A stretch of 64,000 bases of DNA from Selaginella moellendorffii (taxonomy: Eukaryota; Plantae; Lycopodiophyta), in contig NW_003314266.1 of the NCBI RefSeq assembly GCF_000143415.4, forward strand, positions 2,461,856-2,525,855, read 5' to 3'. The notes below the pieces were generated by a model. The model worked only from the letters and a program-made list of their open reading frames with translations, did not search any database and was not told the DNA's origin. Below are positions 1 to 13,166 of this stretch, piece after piece. The translations under genes and the position numbers were made by a program. How positions within the stretch are numbered: the stretch's first letter is position 1; every line of letters starts with the position of its first letter.

Positions 1-1295
1 ATGCTAATGACACAGATATATAGCTAAATTATCAACATAATCTTCATTGAGATTAGTGAAATAAAATATTAATCTCCAATAAACCCTAAATACCAACCAT
101 TTAAATCACCACATAATTGAAATATGCTCATGGAAAAACAATTATAATCCCAACTTTAATAATGTCAATATTAAGGCATCACTTCAATGCTATCAACACC
201 ACAAGAAAGCTAGTAGAGAGCAAAAACAAATCATCACTCAAAACTCTTTAACAACCAAGCTAACTAAAGTCAAAGATACTTTATTCGGTATTTGAAACCA
301 ATCCTTTAACATTACTCAGTTATAAATAACACTTTATCAAGGAGTGAATCACTATGCCCAAGACTTAATATAATCTAACATTATAGACTAAATGAAACTA
401 AACAATATCAACAGTGGTGGTACCAATATATTAACATAGAAAAATTATGAAAGCCTAGGAACACAATCCTCTATAATACCATCTGGTAAATAAACCCATC
501 ATTGTTAAATTATCATCAAGTTGGTAAAGTGTTAGTAGCCCTTGATGAAGTTTATAAACAATCAATAGTCACAAAGCAACTAATAATCACTCTTCAACTT
601 TGCCTTTATAAAACCCACACTAAACTCATATAATCAAGTCATATACTTGTCAAATAGAAAGGTAACACTCCATATACAATATATAAGAATATGAATAAGT
701 GCAGACAAAATGATTATCCAAATCCAATTTAACCACGATAAACTCACTAATATGTCTAGCTAATAGCTTTGAGAAAAACTGAAGAGGCTAGCTAACACTC
801 AATCGAAATTAACATGAAGATCATAAGATGGACTCATATGGTACACAATATAAGTACTAACATCTCAACAAAAAACAATTAAGTTGGATATCATTATCCT
901 CAACCAAGCTTCAGGGCCACTAATACCAAGTTAAGATTAGTGAAAGCTCATTACTCACATAGTTTAACAAAATGTAAAGTGCAACTTGTCACTAAATATA
1001 ATGTTACAAAATAAAAGCATAAGGGTTACTTTTTTAGAAAAGTGTAATAACTACTTTTCTACATTAACACCAAACTCTATTTAACTCAATTACCTTAGCC
1101 ACAAAAGTTAGCATCCCTTTTGGGTTGCATCTTATAAACTATCTATTAAAATCCAAACTAACCAAGGTTAACTTTAACCCTTTCATTAAAATGCAATGAC
1201 CCATACAAATGGAATGGTTTTCAAGAAAAATGATCAACATATCAACCATTAAAAAAGTCTCAATTTAGGAATGCAAATTCTTAAGACTTAATTAA

Positions 1296-2438
1296 TGTAG
1301 CGCACGTGGTTTTGACCCTTTATCCTATGGTGATTTACCATAGGATAACACCACGAAGCGGAACCTAAACCCTCTTTATGCCACGTGACAGATGCCACGT
1401 GTCACATGCCACGTGTCCATGTCACATGTCCACAGGAACCCAAGGTTCAGGGCCTTGGGCCACTGAACAAAGGGAGGGTGCCAAACTCCCAAGCATGGAG
1501 CCAAGGAGTGATGGAACCGGACCACGGAGCAACTCCCGAGCATACAGCCCAAGGAGCGAAGGGACAGGGGCCCGAAGCGACTTGGAACAGTCCTGGAGCA
1601 ACCAGCATCTTAATGCCAGGACCAGCACGCAAAACGGAGCCAAACGGAGTCTGGCCCTATTTCGGCATACCGGTGGCCTAACGCGAGGTTATGGGTACTC
1701 CACCAACTAGCATGGAATGGAACTTGGGCTTAGACCCAAGCCGGACGCAGAACAAGGACAGTCACGCAAGCGGGAGTTAGACTATGCCTCAGGTTGGTCA
1801 GCCATGCCTGACCTACCCACTATCCCTACTATACATTTGGAACCCCCCACAGCCCCCCCCCCCTTGAGGAACACACGCTTTGGGCTTTCACCCCAAGCCT
1901 CCCTTAGTATCAGGAGTTAGTCTCACAAGTTCGAAACTTACTAAATATGGAATGTCCCTAGATTGCGAATTTGGACACGGGACGAACACCATTGTGTTCA
2001 GGACGATCTCTACATTCTGTAGATATGCCAAATGAGCAAATCTGGACACTTTCCATAAATAGCATTTGGGACTGAAATGAGACTAACACAAAGGGCATGA
2101 TAGCGAGGGTGTTTGGCAGACACGGTAAGCTATCATGTAGCGATATTGAGGGACCAATCTCAATACACGAGGGTTCTTGTCAAGCCAGTGCAAGACAGAG
2201 CAAAAGAGAACTAAAAAGCCAGGCCAAGTATGTTTGGCTGAATAGACACTTAGGAATTCCGTCCTTATGCTCATCCGGCCAAGTACAGATGTAAAGTCCA
2301 GTTTACTAACACTTGAACAAGAGGGGCTGATAAAGGGTCCAGCAATACCGACCTCCTGCCATCGTGGTAGTAAGGTAAGAGTGTCCGTATGGACTAGTCG
2401 ACAGGTAATTTTCGATACCCGAAGTCACATTCGCGACA
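1296..2438 (-). mobile_element. Solo LTR, family A (1143 bp)
   Basis: TGTAGCG...CGCGACA termini; perfect 5-bp TSD ATTAA (1291-1295, 2439-2443); homologous to LTRs 4492-5629 and 16171-17300; the paralogous site near 8899 is empty. Confidence 0.93.
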
Positions 2439-2787
2439 ATTAACTTCCTTCTATTTACAATGTCACACAAATTCACCTTAATACAAATTCTCATGACCTA
2501 ACAATATACTTATATATCAAACATTATGCCCATATAACCAATATCTGACAATGACATCCATAAATACTAATGGATACCTAAACTTGATCATAAAGATTAC
2601 ATCTTTGGATATCCAACACTTACACTTTTCTTCAATCATTTCCAAAGTGCAATGTAAAGTCAAAACACTAATAAGAAAAATGACATGAAAAATCAAGCTC
2701 TAAAGAAAACTCCTCATCACTCGACATAATAATGCCATTTCTATTAACACAAATACTAGCAATGTTAATGCCTCAACTACACACTTT

Positions 2788-2982
2788 TGTAAGCAACCAA
2801 AGGGAACGATTCGAGAGACGATCTATAGGGGTTCAAATATAAAGGGAAAGTGCCCATGAACAAGAGTGCACCCCCTTTTCCAAATGGTTAAGGGTCTTGG
2901 GATATTTGGGGTTAAGTGTCTTTGGGTGTGAATAGTACTGGGCTGGGTGACCTCCCGGGAAGTCTAAACTTAAGAACTTACA
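2788..2982 (+). mobile_element. Solo LTR of a Cassandra-like TRIM with a 5S rRNA-derived A-box/IE/C-box segment
   Basis: TGTAAG...CTTACA termini; TSD ACTTT on both sides; 2910-2965 aligns without gaps to the 3' half of plant 5S rRNA; empty paralogous site near 14760. Confidence 0.88.
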
Positions 2983-4322
2983 ACTTTTTCCATTTAACAA
3001 CTTATTCAAGTACTAACGGATTCATCAACAAGCTATAATAATAATGCTACAAGTTTTTAAAACCATCAATAGGCAAACCTCAAGGAACTAAGGTACCAAC
3101 TTAAGATTATCATAATAGATCATCATCGAGAACGAAGTCAAAGTTACTTCAATGCTACTACTTACAAGTGAATTAACTTCACCATCATTCACTTTTTATT
3201 TAACCAAACAATTTTGTAAACACATTACTCACAATCATATAGATATGAAAAATCACAATGATTAAATGATTAATTGAGCAACACTATAAATAAGCCCACA
3301 TTATTACTTTCAAGGTTTATATAAGTATCAAATACTAATTCTATTCAACAAAATACAACTTAAATGCCATACATCACCGATAAAGATTTATAACACTTAA
3401 CACCACTAATTTTTTTTCATAACATAAATAAATAAGCTTATGCCACTCTCTTTCTAATAAAACTCAAACATAATTTGACACCAAACTACTCAAAAAGTAA
3501 AAGCAAAATTTTATGGAAAAGAATTAAGCATTGTAACTCAAGTCTTCCAATAGCAATCCTAAACAAAATAGTTTAACATTTCACCACTATCCATCCTATA
3601 ACTCACCACTTGTAATAACTAATATGTATTGAAATAAAAACTCTTAATTACATAATGTGAATACCAGTAATGAGATAACACCTCGTTGTTAAATCATCTC
3701 TCGAAGAAGAGAAAATGATTTACATGTTTGATCTTGTGTTGCTGATGAATCTCTTTTCAATCTTATCTTGACTAAACCTTAAATTTGCATTCACACTACT
3801 TTCAGTCCAATTCAAAAAAAGTGCATAAGAGATCATGACAATGACTACTTGAATCAATAGACTAATCCCTATAGTCTTGATTAATCCACTTACAATCATG
3901 CCTAAGAAAGATTCACTAGTGTCATACTAAATAGTTACGAATTAGCATATTTGCCATTCATAGTAAATCTAGGGAGGATTTACTTTTACCATGGTAATAT
4001 AAAACAACTTATGGTAACCACTGATAGGCTAACATTAATCTTGCCAACTCAAAGTGTAACTTAAGTTGCTAATATACCTCACTCACAAGCCTAAGTGAAA
4101 ACTCATGCAAATAGTACATCTCAAATCAATCTTATAAACCCAAGCGAAAGCTCACCCAATATAGTAAGGTAATTAAAATCCATACTTAATGAACAAATAC
4201 GAAGTCATAACACCCAAATGTGTACCTACTCAAATCATTGTTTTCATCTCTACATATGTAACAAGACCAATTGCCCAATCTCATTAGATAATACTCACTA
4301 AAACATATACTCTGATATCAAA

Positions 4323-4491
4323 TGTAGTATACGTAGTTCTCACCCTTTACTCTATAGTGATTTATCATAGGATAACCATGAAGCAAAACTTGAGTTTCAA
4401 GGCCTTGGACCATTAAAGAGAGGGATGGAGCTAAACTCTCAAGCATATAGCTAAGGAACGAAGGAAACAAAGTATGGTATGACTCCTTAGT
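4323..4491 (-). mobile_element. Older family-A LTR, left piece (split by the 4492-17300 insertion)
   Basis: Starts TGTAG next to the PBS; homologous to the start of LTR 1296-2438; continues at 17306. Confidence 0.75.
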
Positions 4492-7400
4492 TATAGCGCA
4501 CATGGTTTTTACCTTTTATTCTATGGTGATTTACCATAGAATAACACCACGAAATGGAACCTAAACCCTCTATGTGCCATGTGTTATATGCCATGTGTCC
4601 ATAGGACAGTGGTGTGGAACCCGAGGTTCATGGCCTTGGGCCACTGAACGAAGGAACGGTGCCAAACTCTCAAGTATGGAGCCAAGGAATGACGGAACTG
4701 GACCACGGAGCAACTCTTAAGCATACAGCCCAAGGAGCGAAGGGACAGGAACCCAGAGCAAATTAGAACAGTCTTAGAGCAACCAGGATCCCAATGCCAG
4801 GATTAGCATGCAAAACGGAGCCAAACGGAGCCAAACGGAGTCTAGCGCTATTTTAGTATACTGGTGGCCTATCGCAAGGACATGGGTACTTCACCAACTA
4901 GCATGGAATGGAACTTGGGTTTAGACCTAAGCCGGACGCAGAACAAGGATAGGCACATAAGTGGAAGTTAGACTATGCCTCAGCTTAATTGGCCATGCCC
5001 AACCTACCCACTATCCCTACTATACATTTGAAACCCCCCATATCCCCCCCCCTTGAGGAACACACGCTTTGGGCTTTTACCCCAAGCCTCCTTTAGTATC
5101 AGGAGTTAGTTTCTAAGACAAGCTTGAAACTTATTAAATATAGAATGTTCTTAAATTGTGAATTTGGACACGGGATGAACACCATTGTGTTCAAGACAAT
5201 CTTTACATTCCGTAAATATGCCAAATGAGAAAATCTAGACACTTTCCATAAATAGCATTGGGACCAAAATGAGACTAACACAAAGGGCATGATAACAAGG
5301 GTGTTTGGCAAACATGGTAAGCTATCATTTAACAAATATTGAAGGACCAATCTTAATATTGCAAGGGTTCTTGATACTAGCAAGTGCAAGCCAATGACAC
5401 AAGTTTTTCAAACTAGGCCGAGTATGCTCAGTAAGAAACACATAGGGTTCCTACCTTATATTTATCCAATCTAAGTGCATGTTTATTAACCAGTTTCTCA
5501 ACTAGCTCAAGTGGGAACTGATAACGGGTCCAGTAATACCAACCTCTTACCGTCGTGGCAGTAAGGAAAGAGTGTCTGTAAGGACTAGCTGATAGGTAAT
5601 TTTCGACACCCGAAGTCACATTCGCGACACTCTCCCCCCTTAGAGAAAATCGACGTCCTCGTCGATGCATACTCAAGTCTAGAATATTGCCAAGGAAATA
5701 ACTCTAGAAAAAAGTTCACGGTATTCATACTATATGAGAAATGCACCAACTTAAATGAGTTAGGGTAACCTCTTTGTCTAACATGGATGTGTTACCAACT
5801 TAGACACCTTCCAGCCGTCGTCGACAAGCAAAATGACGAACGGAGTTAGCCACCTTTGTTACTCTAGTTGTCACCTAGCTTACAAAAGTATGATATGCCC
5901 CTGCCTGCATGTGGTATAGAGAGAGAAGCTAAAGGCCCAACCTTCATGAGCAAAGAAACCAAACCCGTCGGTAAGATTTAGATAGACTACTGTAAATAGG
6001 CAATTAGAGTTATTTACATGGTCACGCCCTTTTAACAGAATAAGGAACATCGACAAAGAGGCGGGTTATTTGACCAATGGACAATAGCTACCCCATGATT
6101 AAAGATTTCACCATGCACATGAAGTGCTAAAGCCAGTCTGCATATATTGGCCCAAACTCAAAGATTAATAGATGGACAATATCAAAGTTATAGACAATGA
6201 CAGCTTAGAGACTTAATTATCAGTGAATAAATCTTATATTAGAACACAAAAGTATTCCAAGTAAGTTATCATCCGATAAACCAATATTAGAGTATAAGAA
6301 CTACCAAGATCACAATAGTTGGAAACATAGGATTCACCATCCAACAAAATTCAATAGCCAGTATATCATCAAGGAAACTCAATGATGAAATGTAACTACT
6401 GAAGATTGCAGATAGTATACCAAACAACTTACCAAAGACAACTCAAAGAACACCAAGTACCATTAACTGACAAGCACAATACTCGTGAATGTATCACCTG
6501 AAGGAAAAAACATCCTAATCTATCAAAACTAACTTGAGCAACAATCGACAGAACAGAATGAATATAGTAAGACTAACAAATATTTAATCATGCCAACTAT
6601 TGCACTAGCCAATTTGAATAAATCCAGATCGACAATATAAAGAAACTCAAGTTGCTTAAGCAAGTGTCAGCCACATCCTATTGATGTCTCAAACTTAAAA
6701 GACCAATCCAAAGCAAACCACAAAGAACATATAGTATTATGAAAAGTCATAAGCCATTAAAGAGAACAATTAATTATCATAAAAGAACATCAATTATCCC
6801 ACCAATGAAGGAATGTATAATCATCGTCAAAGAAAGAATCTACCATCCCTAAAAACGGCAAATCATTCTATACCAACAATAATATAGCAAAACCTTTGAT
6901 AAGGATAATTAACTACTCTAAATGATAGTCAATCATCACTAGTGATTGCTAAATGTAAATACTAACTTTAATATCGAAACTAATGAGTCAAAAAAATGCC
7001 TTCCCCAACAACTTCTAACAAATGGACCACAAACATGAAAGCTCAAGGAACCAAAAACTTGAAAAAATCTATAACTAAGTTTTGCCTAACAATGATCACA
7101 CGTCTTGCATGAATTAACTTCAATGCTAAAGAGGAAATCATGACACAACTCACAATATCCTTCTTAACACATTCATAAGCTAAACTTCATAATGCCAAAA
7201 CTAATGAAGAGCATATCAGCATCAATCCAAAAGCTAAACATAATGAAGCTATGCTCAACAAGTGATTGCTAAATGATCCTCCACAAATCCATCTATAGCA
7301 AGAAGTAACTCACTTCATAACAAGCACAAGAAAAATCATCAATGATTGATATATCCCAATTCAAATTTGACAAGGACTCAAATATTCCAATATTAATCAC

Positions 7401-9407
7401 TAACTCTCCCTCTCATAAGGCTAGCATAATCCATGACTAAATTACTTTTCAAGGAAAAGCCAAAGTTCAACCCCTACTAAATAATTTTATCTTAGAACAC
7501 AACTTACTCAAACTTGCCACTCAGTTCCTTTGAACGCTAACATAGTTGCTAACTAGCAAATGCACGAATGTCAATAACACAAAGCCATAGCCAAATCATC
7601 AACACTATCTTCATCGAGATTAATGAAACTCAACATCAATCTTTCGGAGAGACATCTCAGTTCACTCAAATCTCAACATTAATAATGTCAATGACAAGGC
7701 ATCACTTCAATGCCATCAACACTATAACAAAGCTAGAAAAAAAGCATGAGTAAATCACCACTCAAAACTCCTTAGCAACTAAGTTAATCAAGGTCGAAAA
7801 TACTTTACTGAGTATTTGAGATCAATCCTTCAGTAAAACTTAGTTACAGATAACACTTTCTCAAGGAGTGAATCACCACATCCAAGACTCCATGAAATCC
7901 AACACTACAGACTAAACATATCCAAATGATATTGACAGAGGTAGAGTCAACATGCTAACATGGAAAACCCATGTAAGTCTAACGACACAATCCTCTGTAA
8001 TACCATCCGGTAAAGCAAGCCCATCACTGCTAAATCATCATCGAGCGAAGCAAATGTCAAACAGTCCTTGACAAAATTTATAAGTAATCATTAGTTGTCA
8101 AGCAACCAACAATCACTCTTCAACTTGCCTTCACAAGACCCAAACACTAAACTCATGCCATTAAGCTATATACTTATCCAATATGAATATAATACCTCAT
8201 GTATGAGATAAAGGTTCATGGACATGCACGAACCAAATGACCACTCGAATCCAACTCAATTGCAATAAGTTCACTAATGCATTTAGCCAATAACTCTAAG
8301 CATGCTTTGAAGAGGCTAGCTATGCATGATCAACACTTAGCCAAAACTAAAGTGAAGACCATGAGATGAACTTATATTGGTACATAACCTTCTCATAGAT
8401 AAAGCTATAGTATGGATATTAACATCTCAACCGCAAACAACTAAGTTGAACATCATTATCCTCAGCCAAGACACAAGGCCACCAAAACCAAGTCAAGATC
8501 AATGAGAGCTCACTACTCTCATAGAGTTTAACAAAATGCAAGGTGCAATCTGCCATCAAGCACAATGCTACAAAAGAAAGGCACAAGATCACATTTCTAG
8601 AAAAGCGCAACAATTACTTTTCTACACCAACTTTAAATTCTATCCAACTCAATTGTTTTAGCCCCAAAAGTTAGCATCCCTTTCGGGTTGCATCATACAA
8701 ACTACTTACTAAGGTCTAAACTAACTAAAGTCAATTCCAACCCTTTTACTAGTTTGTACTGGCTTACGAAAACGGAATGGTTTTCGGGCAAAATGATCAA
8801 TAAATCAGCCATTGGAAAAGTTTAAGAAAATTTGTGGAAAATTTCCATTCTAGAGAAAAAATGATTCTCAGTCTAGAAATGCAAACTTTCAAGACTTAAC
8901 CAGCTTTTTCCTACCTACTACTTCACATAAGTTCACCTTAACACAAATTCTCGAGATCCATAGTATGCTTAAGCATCGAATATCTTTGCTTATATATCTG
9001 ACATCCAACATGTCAAAACCCCCAACAAGATCAAGACTGGAAATGCTAAAGACAAAGAGAAAAAGCTAGTGAAAACAAAGAAGAGGCCTTAGACTGGTGT
9101 TGATTCAGATTGTGGAGAAATGGAACAAAGCTAACCTATATATACTATAGGTTGATAAAGCTCCACCACTCTTGGATCGAGGACGGCCTAAATATAGCTG
9201 AGATCGAGGAGGCGCCACATCATCATCAGGAATGTGGCTCGAGACTCAAGAATTGGGAAGTGTCTCGAGAGTCAGGAATAGGGAAGTGTCTCGAGAGTCA
9301 GGAATAGGGAAGTGTCTCGAGAGTCAGGAATGTGGTCTGTAGGTCAGGAATCCGGCGAGAGTCAGGAATGTGGCAAGAATTGGGGGATTCCTGACAGCAC
9401 CCCCTCC

Positions 9408-12400
9408 TCAAGAACGAGTGGAACGAGGATGTGAACGAGAACGAAGAGGAGGATGAGATGAGCGGCGAGGGATGGGAGATGGAGAAAAAGAATGAGGACT
9501 GGGACGAGAAGGATAGTGGCAGTGGAAGTCCTGAACAAGGTCAGGAGAATGAATTAGGTTGTCCGCAGGTTCCCAAGTGCGTTCCTCAGGTCTGTAACCC
9601 TTCCAGTCCACCAGATAGTAGAGTTTAGACCGTGAAATCTTGGAATCAAGGATGTCTTGAACCTCGTACTCAGACCCATCCTCGAGCTGCACTGGTGGAG
9701 GCAGAGGAATGACCCGATTTGGAATAGGACTGGGAATATAAGGCTCAAGGAGAGAGGAGTGAAAAACGGGGTGAATTTGATATGAGGAGGGAAGTGCAAG
9801 GCGATAAGTGACAGGATTAATGATGGCAGTGATAGGGAAAGGACCAAGGCGTTTGAAATTGAGTTTTGGACAGGGCCTGGTGGTGGAGATATTTCGCCTG
9901 AGGAGCCAGACTTTATCCCCGATATTGTAAGGGGGACAATCCTGACGATGGACATTGGCAAATGTTTTATGAGATTCCTGAGCACGATGAAGATGGAAGG
10001 AGATGGAGTTGTGGATTTCCTGGAGGTTGGAGATAAATGCCTCAGAGCGGGGATTTGAACGAGAGGATTCAGATGGAGAAGGAAGTGAGAGATTAAATTG
10101 GGGATTTCGGCCAGAGTTCGCAAAGAAGGGGGAAACTCGAAGAGAGGAGTGAATAGAGTTGTTATAGGAGAACTCAGCAAGGGGAAGGATATCGAACCAG
10201 TTATCCTGATGATAGTTGATGAAGCATCTCAAGAATTGTTCCAACGTCTGAATTGTTCGCTCGGACTGCCCATCAGTTTGAGGATGATATGCCGAAGAGA
10301 GGTTGGCCTTCACTCCAAGCAACTGCAAAAACCGTTGCCAGAAATGAGAGATGAACTGAGGCCCCCGATCCGAAACCACATCTGTAGGAATCCCATGAAG
10401 TCGGAAAATTTCCCTGAATACCAGTTTTGCCATGTCCTCGCCCGAAAACTCCTTGGTACATGGCAAGAAGTGCGCCATCTTTGTGAAGCGATCCACCACG
10501 ACTAAAATGCTGTTGAAGCCTCCAGAACTCGGAAGATCACTCAAGAAATCCATGGAGATGGATTCCCAAGGACCTGAAGGGACCGGAAGGGAACGAAACA
10601 AACCTGAAGGAAGGTGGCGAGGTACCTTATTCTGGGCACAAGTGTCACAGGAGGTAACAAAAGCTTTGATGTAGTCGTCCATGTGAGGCCACCAAAAGTC
10701 CCGTGCAACTAGCTCATAGGTTTTCGCAATGCCGAAGTGACCAGCAGTCGGGCTATCGTGGCACGCCATCAGGACCAACCTTCGAGCATCACCTTCAGGA
10801 ACGTAAAGCTACTCCCCACGGTACAATAAGCCATCTAAGAACTTGAACTCGTCAAATCGCCGGCAGTCGGGAGTCACTGGGTGTCCAGCCTGAAGATGGG
10901 GGAAAATGTCGCTAGCGAGATCATCGGATTGAAGATCGTTTCTGATTGCATCCATCAAGGAGGAGTCTTGAGGGGCCAGGGAAATTGCCATAACTTGAAG
11001 CCGATCAGGACCGAGGATAACTTGATCCTATTGATCGAAGGCAGGATTACCAGGCCTGAGACTGAGATAGGAGCACCTTGAAAGAGCATCAGGAAGGCCT
11101 TGAAACTTTCCAGGTCTGTACTTGATAACAAAGTCAAACCGACTCAGGAATTGTGCCCACCTTGCTTGACGATGGCTTAAAACTCGGGAAGTGGCAAAGT
11201 ACTCGAGATTTTTGTGATCCGTCCAGACTGTTGTTTGATGGCTCGCCCCCTCCAAGAAACGGCGCCACTCTCCAAAGGAATCCACGATGGCAAGGAGCTC
11301 CTTGTCATGGATTTCGTAATTGATCTCCGCAGGCTGGAATTTCCGAGAATGGAAAGTGACCGGATGAAGTTCGTGATCCGCTCCGAGTTGAGACAGCACA
11401 ACACCAATGGCAAAGTCGGAGGCGTCAGCCTCGATGAAGAAAGGTTGTGAGGAATCAGTATGGATCAAGACAGGAGCAGAACTGAAGGCCGCCTTGAGTG
11501 TGGCGAAGGCCTGCTGGGCAGCAGCAGACCAAGAGAAGGGAACATCCTTGCGAGTGAGATGTGTGAGAGGAAGGACAATGTCAGAGTAGTGATCAATGAA
11601 TTTGCGGTAGAAGTTGGCAAAGCCAAGGAAAACCTGAACGTCCGACATTGAGTGTGGAGGCTCCCATTCGAGAATAGTCTTGACTTTGGCAGGATCCATT
11701 GTGATACCCTCAGGAGTGACAATGTACCCAAGGAACTCCACAGACTGCTGATCAAAGGAACATTTCTCAAGCTTCGCGTATAGGCCGTGTTCTCGCAGCT
11801 TCGCTAGCACCTTGCGAACATGTTCGTCATGCTCCTCCTGAGTTTTTGAGTAGATGAGGATGTCATCGAGGTAGACGATCACCATCTGATCAAGAAACTC
11901 CCGAAAGACGTCGTTCGCCATATGTTGGAAAACTGCTGGAGCATTTGTCAAGCCAAATGGCATGACAGTGTACTCGAAGTGGCCATAGCGGGTTCGGAAC
12001 GCAATCTTCCATTCATCACCAGGCCGGATCCGGATCAGGTTGTATGCTCCACGGAGGTCGATCTTGGTGAAGAAGCGGGCACCGCCAAGACGTTCCAACA
12101 GGTCCGAGATCAAGGGCAGCGGATAACGGTTCCGAACAGTCACCTTGTTCAAACCTCGGTAGTCGATGACTAGCCGCAAGCTCCCATCCTTCTTCTTGAC
12201 AAAGAAGACAGGCGCTCGAGCCGGGGACTGCGAATGCTGAATGTAGCCCGAGGCAAGGTTCTCATCCACGTACTCTTTGAGGGCCTTAAGCTCGGACGGG
12301 GATAACCCGTAGATAGGCCCCCATGGAGGTGACGCTCCTTCCTGTAAATCAATGGGACAATCATAAGGCCGATGAACAGGCAGAACATTAGCTTTTTTCT

Positions 12401-13166
12401 TGTCAAACACATCCCCAAAATCATGATACTTCTCAGGAAGACTGACAGGAGAAACATGCAAAGCAAAAAGAAAAAGAGGTTCTTCATGAAGGAGTTCTTT
12501 CATAGTGATTGTGGAGATAGGAGGAGGCATACGACTAAATGGAATGATGAGACGAGGATACTGTCCAGTGTAAGATGGAAGAGAGAAAAAAGAAGAGGGT
12601 GAAAACTTTATAGAGTCAGGAACAGAACCCCGATTTGAGTTTAGGGAACTTTTCCTGATTCGGACTCGATGAACTGTAGGGGAAGCCGTAGGAGAGATGA
12701 GCTGTAATTCCTTCCAACAGATCTGAGGCTAATGTAGTTGGAACCAAGGAAGACCGAGCACCACAGAGGAGGACTTGCTGTTGATGATGTTGAAGGTGAT
12801 ATCGGTGACGGTGGACCCGATGTGTACTCGAACGGGCAACGTTTCCCTAAGTCCAGAAGATGGAGACACAAAATGCCCGCCAATGCCTTCAACCCTCAAA
12901 TCCCGTATGGTAGGAGAAAGAGGAACGTGATGTCGGGCAGCAAAGTCCTTGTCCATGAAGCAGGAAGTTGCACTTGAGTCCAGTAACGCCAGAGCCTTGA
13001 GTCCTGATTGTCCGGTGAAAGAAAGGAGACATGGGACGCGGAAGTTGTGGGAATTGGTGGTGGCTTTGATGAAAGGTGGTGAGGAGCTTGATAAAGAAGA
13101 AAAGTGATTTTTATTCGGGGAGTCTAAACAGACAGCTCCTACTCTGTTTGGACAGGGTCGTTTCCC
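9408..13166 (-). pseudogene. pol: pol (PR-RT-RH-IN-chromodomain) of the Tcn1-type element, in the -1 frame to gag, with three in-frame TAG stops
   Basis: LLDSSA (mutated DSG protease), RLVIDYR/YLDD, DASD, HPQTDGQSER, GPF, and chromodomain YEVQDIL...YLVDWKGY...TWEP; stops at 12729, 11028 and 10809. Confidence 0.92.

Larger units (their letters stand above)
1..4322 (-). mobile_element. Degenerate internal region of an older family-A LTR element (runs off the left edge)
   Basis: Colinear with ~7560-9010 and 14556-16170 of the family-A copy at 4492-17300. PBS-like TGATATCAGAG (minus, 4310-4320) abuts an LTR starting TGTAG at 4323. No long ORFs. Confidence 0.8.

Noticed and set aside
1378-1710. 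ORFs within family-A LTRs
   Set aside because: Not preserved among LTR copies and without domain motifs.
2910-2965. Functional 5S rRNA gene
   Set aside because: Only the 3' half matches, and it lies inside a TG...CA LTR with a TSD.
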